Shown here in pieces: positions 60,276 through 64,000 of a DNA stretch of 64,000 nt. This DNA is from Betaproteobacteria bacterium. Lineage in GTDB: Bacteria > Pseudomonadota > Gammaproteobacteria > Burkholderiales > CAIKXV01. Both the position numbers and the translations under genes were made by a program. The DNA lies in assembly GCA_021298815.1 (NCBI GenBank), contig JAJTHE010000036.1, positions 37,383-101,382 of the forward strand. Reading direction: 5' to 3'. The notes under the pieces were generated by a model. It was not told where the DNA came from, made no database searches, and saw only the letters and a program-made list of their open reading frames with translations. The first letter of the stretch is position 1. Each line of letters begins with the position of its first letter.

Positions 60276-61274
60276 ATGTCTTTCGTGAAGATGGTCGAGG
60301 TCTGGCGCGGTCCGGTGGTCGAGAGCGTGCACGCCGGCATCGCCGCGGTCGCCAATTCGGCGGGCGAGATCATCGCCGGCTGGGGCGACACCGGCGTGCC
60401 GACCTTCCCGCGCTCGGCGCTGAAGCCGGTGCAGGCGATCGCGCTGGTCGAGACCGGTGCCCATGCGAAGGCGGGCCTGGGCAGCCGGCACCTGGCCATG
60501 GCCTGTGCGTCGCATCGCGCCGAGCCGATGCATGTCGAGATCGTCGCCGGATGGCTGGCATCGATGGGCCTCGCGCAGGAGGCGCTGGTCTGCGGTGCCG
60601 ATCGACCGGTCGATGTCGCGGCCGCCGACGCCGCGGTGATCGCCGGCCAGCCCCGGCAGCGGATCTTCCACAACTGCTCCGGCAAGCATTGCGGCTTCCT
60701 CGCCCTGTCGCGCGGACAGGGATGGGCGATCGAGGGCTATGAACACCTCGCGCATCCGGCGCAGCAGGCCTACCTCGATGCGCTGTCCGAGCTGTCGCAC
60801 GCAGACGCCGCCGCAATGCCCTGGGGCGTCGACGGCTGCGGCCTGCCGGCGCCGGCGATGCCGCTGAACACCGCTGCGCGGCTGGTCGCCCGGCATGCGC
60901 GCGCGCGCGCGGCCTCGCCCGGCCGGCGTGCCGCGATCGGCGCGATCCACGACGCGATGCGCGCGCATCCCGAACTGCTGTCGGGCGCGGACCAGCCCGG
61001 CGTGCAGATCGCCCGGGCGACCGGCGGACGCATCCTGGTGAAGACCGGCGCCGAAGGCTTCATCACCGCCTTCGTTCCCGGACAGGGGATCGGCGTCGCC
61101 TTGAAGATCGCCGATGGCGAGCAGCGCGCCCGCGTGCCGGTGCTGCTGGCCGTGCTGCGCACGCTGCGCCTGATCGACGAAGCGGAATACCAGTCGCTGG
61201 CCGCGCTTGCCGGGCCAGCCGTCCTCAACAGTGCCGGTGACTTGGTCGGCCACATCCGCGCCAGCCTGGCCTGA
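60276..61274 (+). CDS. L-asparaginase II (Rhizobium etli-type, class 3)
   Basis: ESVH, RSALKP, CASH, NCSGKH, DGCG, KTGAEG. Confidence 0.92.
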   Translation: MSFVKMVEVWRGPVVESVHAGIAAVANSAGEIIAGWGDTGVPTFPRSALKPVQAIALVETGAHAKAGLGSRHLAMACASHRAEPMHVEIVAGWLASMGLAQEALVCGADRPVDVAAADAAVIAGQPRQRIFHNCSGKHCGFLALSRGQGWAIEGYEHLAHPAQQAYLDALSELSHADAAAMPWGVDGCGLPAPAMPLNTAARLVARHARARAASPGRRAAIGAIHDAMRAHPELLSGADQPGVQIARATGGRILVKTGAEGFITAFVPGQGIGVALKIADGEQRARVPVLLAVLRTLRLIDEAEYQSLAALAGPAVLNSAGDLVGHIRASLA

Positions 61275-61300
61275 CCGCACGTTCCTCGAAGGATCCCGCC

Positions 61301-62134
61301 ATGGCCACGACCCATATCGGCGCACCGGTGCAGTGGATGACCACCAGCGACGGCAACCGCATCGCGTACTGCATCGACGACTTCACCGATCCCTGGGCGA
61401 ATGCGCCGACGCTGGTGATGCTGCACTCGGCGATGAGCAGCATGCGCCGGCTGTTCGCGATGGTGCCCTGGTTCGTGCGCGGCTACCGGGTGGTACGCAT
61501 GGACCTGCGCGGCCATGGCGAGTCCGACGTGCCGCCGGACACGGCACCGCTGACGCTGGAGCGGCTCACGGACGACCTGCGCGAACTGCTCGACCACCTG
61601 CAGGTGCCGGCGGCCCACCTGCTCGGCGTGTCCGGCGGCGGCTACCTCGCGCAACGGCTGGCGGTCGAATCACCGGAACGGGTATCGAGCCTGCTGCTGT
61701 TCGCCTCGCGCCCCGGCTTCAAGGAGGGTAACGGCGCGGCGTGGATCCCCGAGATGGAACGCCGCGGGCTGCGCACCTTCATCGCCGACACGCTGGAGGA
61801 GCGCCTGCCGGTCGCGCATCTGCCGCCCGGGCAGGCCGACTGGTTCCTGGACGAGATCGACCGCAACGATCCGGCCTTCGTGCGCCGCTTCGTGCTGTAC
61901 ATGACGACGCAGTACTGGATGGACGACCTGGCCGCGATCCGCTGCCCGACGCTGATCGTCGGGCCGGCCGGCGATTCGATCGGCAATGCGAACGCCTACG
62001 AGCAGATGCAGCGCCTGATCGCCGGCAGCGAGCGCCTCACCTATGAAGCGGCCAACCACAACATCTGCGACTACCTTCCCGATCGTTGCGCGCGCGACGG
62101 GCTGGCGTTCCTGCAGCGGCACTTCAGTCGGTGA
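61301..62134 (+). CDS. Alpha/beta fold hydrolase (PcaD-like)
   Basis: DLRGHGES, GVSGGG nucleophile elbow, CPTLIV, late His (ANHN). Confidence 0.88.
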   Translation: MATTHIGAPVQWMTTSDGNRIAYCIDDFTDPWANAPTLVMLHSAMSSMRRLFAMVPWFVRGYRVVRMDLRGHGESDVPPDTAPLTLERLTDDLRELLDHLQVPAAHLLGVSGGGYLAQRLAVESPERVSSLLLFASRPGFKEGNGAAWIPEMERRGLRTFIADTLEERLPVAHLPPGQADWFLDEIDRNDPAFVRRFVLYMTTQYWMDDLAAIRCPTLIVGPAGDSIGNANAYEQMQRLIAGSERLTYEAANHNICDYLPDRCARDGLAFLQRHFSR

Positions 62135-63116
62135 CCACCTTCGCCGCGCGCGCGACCTTGAACCACTTGTCCGACTCGGACTGGAAGAACGCGCTGAATT
62201 CCTCCGGCGTGTTGCCGGTCGGGATGCCGCCCATCTCGATGATCCGCTCGCGCACCGCCGGCGTCTTCAACCCCTTGTTCAGTTCGCTGCTCAGCCGGTT
62301 TACGATGTCGCGTGGCACGCCGGCCGGCATCGACAGACCCTGCCATGAGCTCGCCTCGTAGCCGGCCACGCCCGATTCGCTGATCGTCGGGATGTCCGGG
62401 AACGACGGCGCGCGCTGCCGGGTCGACACGGCGAGCGCGCGCAGCTTGCCGTCCTTCACGAAGTGCACGAAGCCGACCGCGGGCGCGAACGCGATCTCGA
62501 TGCGCCCGGCCAGCTGGTCGGTGAGCTGCGCCCCCGCACCCTTGTAGGTGACCGACAGGATGTCGGTGCCGGTCATCTGCTTGAACAGCTCGGCCGCGAG
62601 GTGCGGGCCCGCCCCGCCGCCGCTCGACGCATAGCTGAGCGCGCCCGGATTCTTCCTGGCGAGGGCGACCAGCTGCGACACGTTCTTCACCGGCAGCGAC
62701 GGATGCACCAGCAGCAGCATCGGCATGGTCGCGATCAGCGACACATGGGAGAAGTCCTTCAGCGAGTCGAAGCCGACGTTGGCGGACATGCGCGAGGCCG
62801 TGGCCTGCGCCACCGAGGTGACGCACATCGTGTAGCCGTCGGGCGGCGACTTCACGCAGGCGGTGGTGCCGATGGCGCCGCTGGCCCCCGGCCGGTTCTC
62901 GGCGACGATCGTCGTGCCGAGCGATTCGGACAGCGACTTCGCCGCGATGCGTCCGAGCGTGTCGGTCGCGCCACCGGGCGGATAGGACAGGATCATGCGC
63001 AGCGGCTTGGCTGGCCAGGCCTGCGCCTGGGCGGCGGCGGGTGCGAAGGCGGCCGATGCGAGCGGCAGCAACAGGAGGGCGGCTGGCTGCAGGAAGCGTC
63101 GTGTCGTCATGTCCAT
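62124..63116 (-). CDS. Bug/TctC substrate-binding protein
   Basis: WPAKPLRMILSYPPGGATD, ENRPGASG, YKGAG. Confidence 0.92.
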   Translation of the reverse strand: MDMTTRRFLQPAALLLLPLASAAFAPAAAQAQAWPAKPLRMILSYPPGGATDTLGRIAAKSLSESLGTTIVAENRPGASGAIGTTACVKSPPDGYTMCVTSVAQATASRMSANVGFDSLKDFSHVSLIATMPMLLLVHPSLPVKNVSQLVALARKNPGALSYASSGGGAGPHLAAELFKQMTGTDILSVTYKGAGAQLTDQLAGRIEIAFAPAVGFVHFVKDGKLRALAVSTRQRAPSFPDIPTISESGVAGYEASSWQGLSMPAGVPRDIVNRLSSELNKGLKTPAVRERIIEMGGIPTGNTPEEFSAFFQSESDKWFKVARAAKVVTD

Positions 63117-63147
63117 CGGATCCCCTGCGCAAGTGTCTTGGAAAGTG

Positions 63148-64000
63148 TCACGGAAGCTCGACCACCAGCCCCCGGCCGAGCCGTTCGGCTTCCTGCAGGG
63201 CGAAGGCGGAGAACGCGATGTCGCCGATCGCCATGCCCTGCACGATCGCCACGATGCGGTCGGACGGTGCCGTGCGGCCCGGCTTCGTGCCGGCGGCGAC
63301 TTCATGCGCCAGCGCATCGATGCGATCGATGAACGTCTGGTGCGTGAAGTGGCCCTGCGCGATCCAGGCGCCGCCATCGCCGACTTCCGACGCGAAGTCG
63401 GGGTCGTCGACCACCAGCCGCTGGCTCTCGCGCAGCACGCCGATGTCGACCTCGTTCTTGCCGCCCATCGAGCAGACCACCGCGCCCGGCTTGAGCAGGC
63501 CGGGATGTACCAGCGGCGTCGGCGCATCTGTGAGGGTGACCACCAGGTCGGCGCCGTCGACCGCGCGCCGCGCATCCGGTTCCACCCGCATCGGGAACGC
63601 AGCGCGCGGACCGAGCGTGTCGACGAACGCGGCCATGCTCTCGGCGCGGCGGGCGGTCACCCGCAGTTCCGCGATGTCCAGGATGCGGCCGAGCATCGGC
63701 GCGATCTGCCGGGCGATCTTGCCGGTGCCGAACAGCGTCACCACCTGCGGACCCGGATTGCACAGGTGCTCGATGGTCGCGGCACCGAAGGCGGCGGTGC
63801 GGATGCGGCTGGTCCAGAGTTCCGGCACCAGCCCGGACAGCGCGAGCCCGCCATGGCGATAGAGCGCGGTGTAGTTGACCGCGCCGGTGTCGATCGCGGA
63901 CCGGCGCGAGATCAGCCGGATGCCGGCATGGCCCAGGTGGCCGACGTTCGCCGCCTTGAACTTGAACTTGCCGGACCCGAATGCACTGGCGTCCATCGTC
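63148..64000 (-). CDS. Ornithine cyclodeaminase/mu-crystallin family protein, 5' end outside the window
   Basis: SRIRTAAFGAA, FGTGKIA, ADLVVTLT, GMAIGD. Confidence 0.82.
   Translation of the reverse strand, partial: TMDASAFGSGKFKFKAANVGHLGHAGIRLISRRSAIDTGAVNYTALYRHGGLALSGLVPELWTSRIRTAAFGAATIEHLCNPGPQVVTLFGTGKIARQIAPMLGRILDIAELRVTARRAESMAAFVDTLGPRAAFPMRVEPDARRAVDGADLVVTLTDAPTPLVHPGLLKPGAVVCSMGGKNEVDIGVLRESQRLVVDDPDFASEVGDGGAWIAQGHFTHQTFIDRIDALAHEVAAGTKPGRTAPSDRIVAIVQGMAIGDIAFSAFALQEAERLGRGLVVELP

Overview
This is a high-GC (about 70%) chromosomal window. The gene content (many Bug/TctC solute receptors, tcuAB, waaC/waaA) suggests a betaproteobacterium of the Burkholderiales type. Bases 1-18.8 kb hold a minus-strand O-antigen/surface-polysaccharide locus: a flippase, a DegT aminotransferase, CmcI-type and other methyltransferases, WbqC, an LbH acyltransferase, an ACP, a VOC protein, FkbH, a PhyH dioxygenase, a CDP-sugar C-methyl pathway, the dTDP-rhamnose genes and UDP-uronic acid genes. 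The divergent waaC-waaA LPS core genes follow. From 21.8 to 64 kb is a catabolic patchwork: nine intact Bug receptors with no TctA/TctB, tcuAB-gudD, CoA-dependent enzymes, leuCD without leuB, hydantoinase/oxoprolinase A and B, asparaginase II and a tRNA-Phe. The most notable observation is a standalone 192-aa ORF (27009-27587, minus) that resembles the type I-F CRISPR endoribonuclease Cas6f/Csy4. Its catalytic His is apparently replaced, and no cas genes or CRISPR array are in the window. Also notable are two families of long palindromic elements (one with a conserved loop and divergent stems) and three decayed genes between 25.5 and 29.2 kb. All family calls come from motif recognition by eye, and start codons are best estimates.
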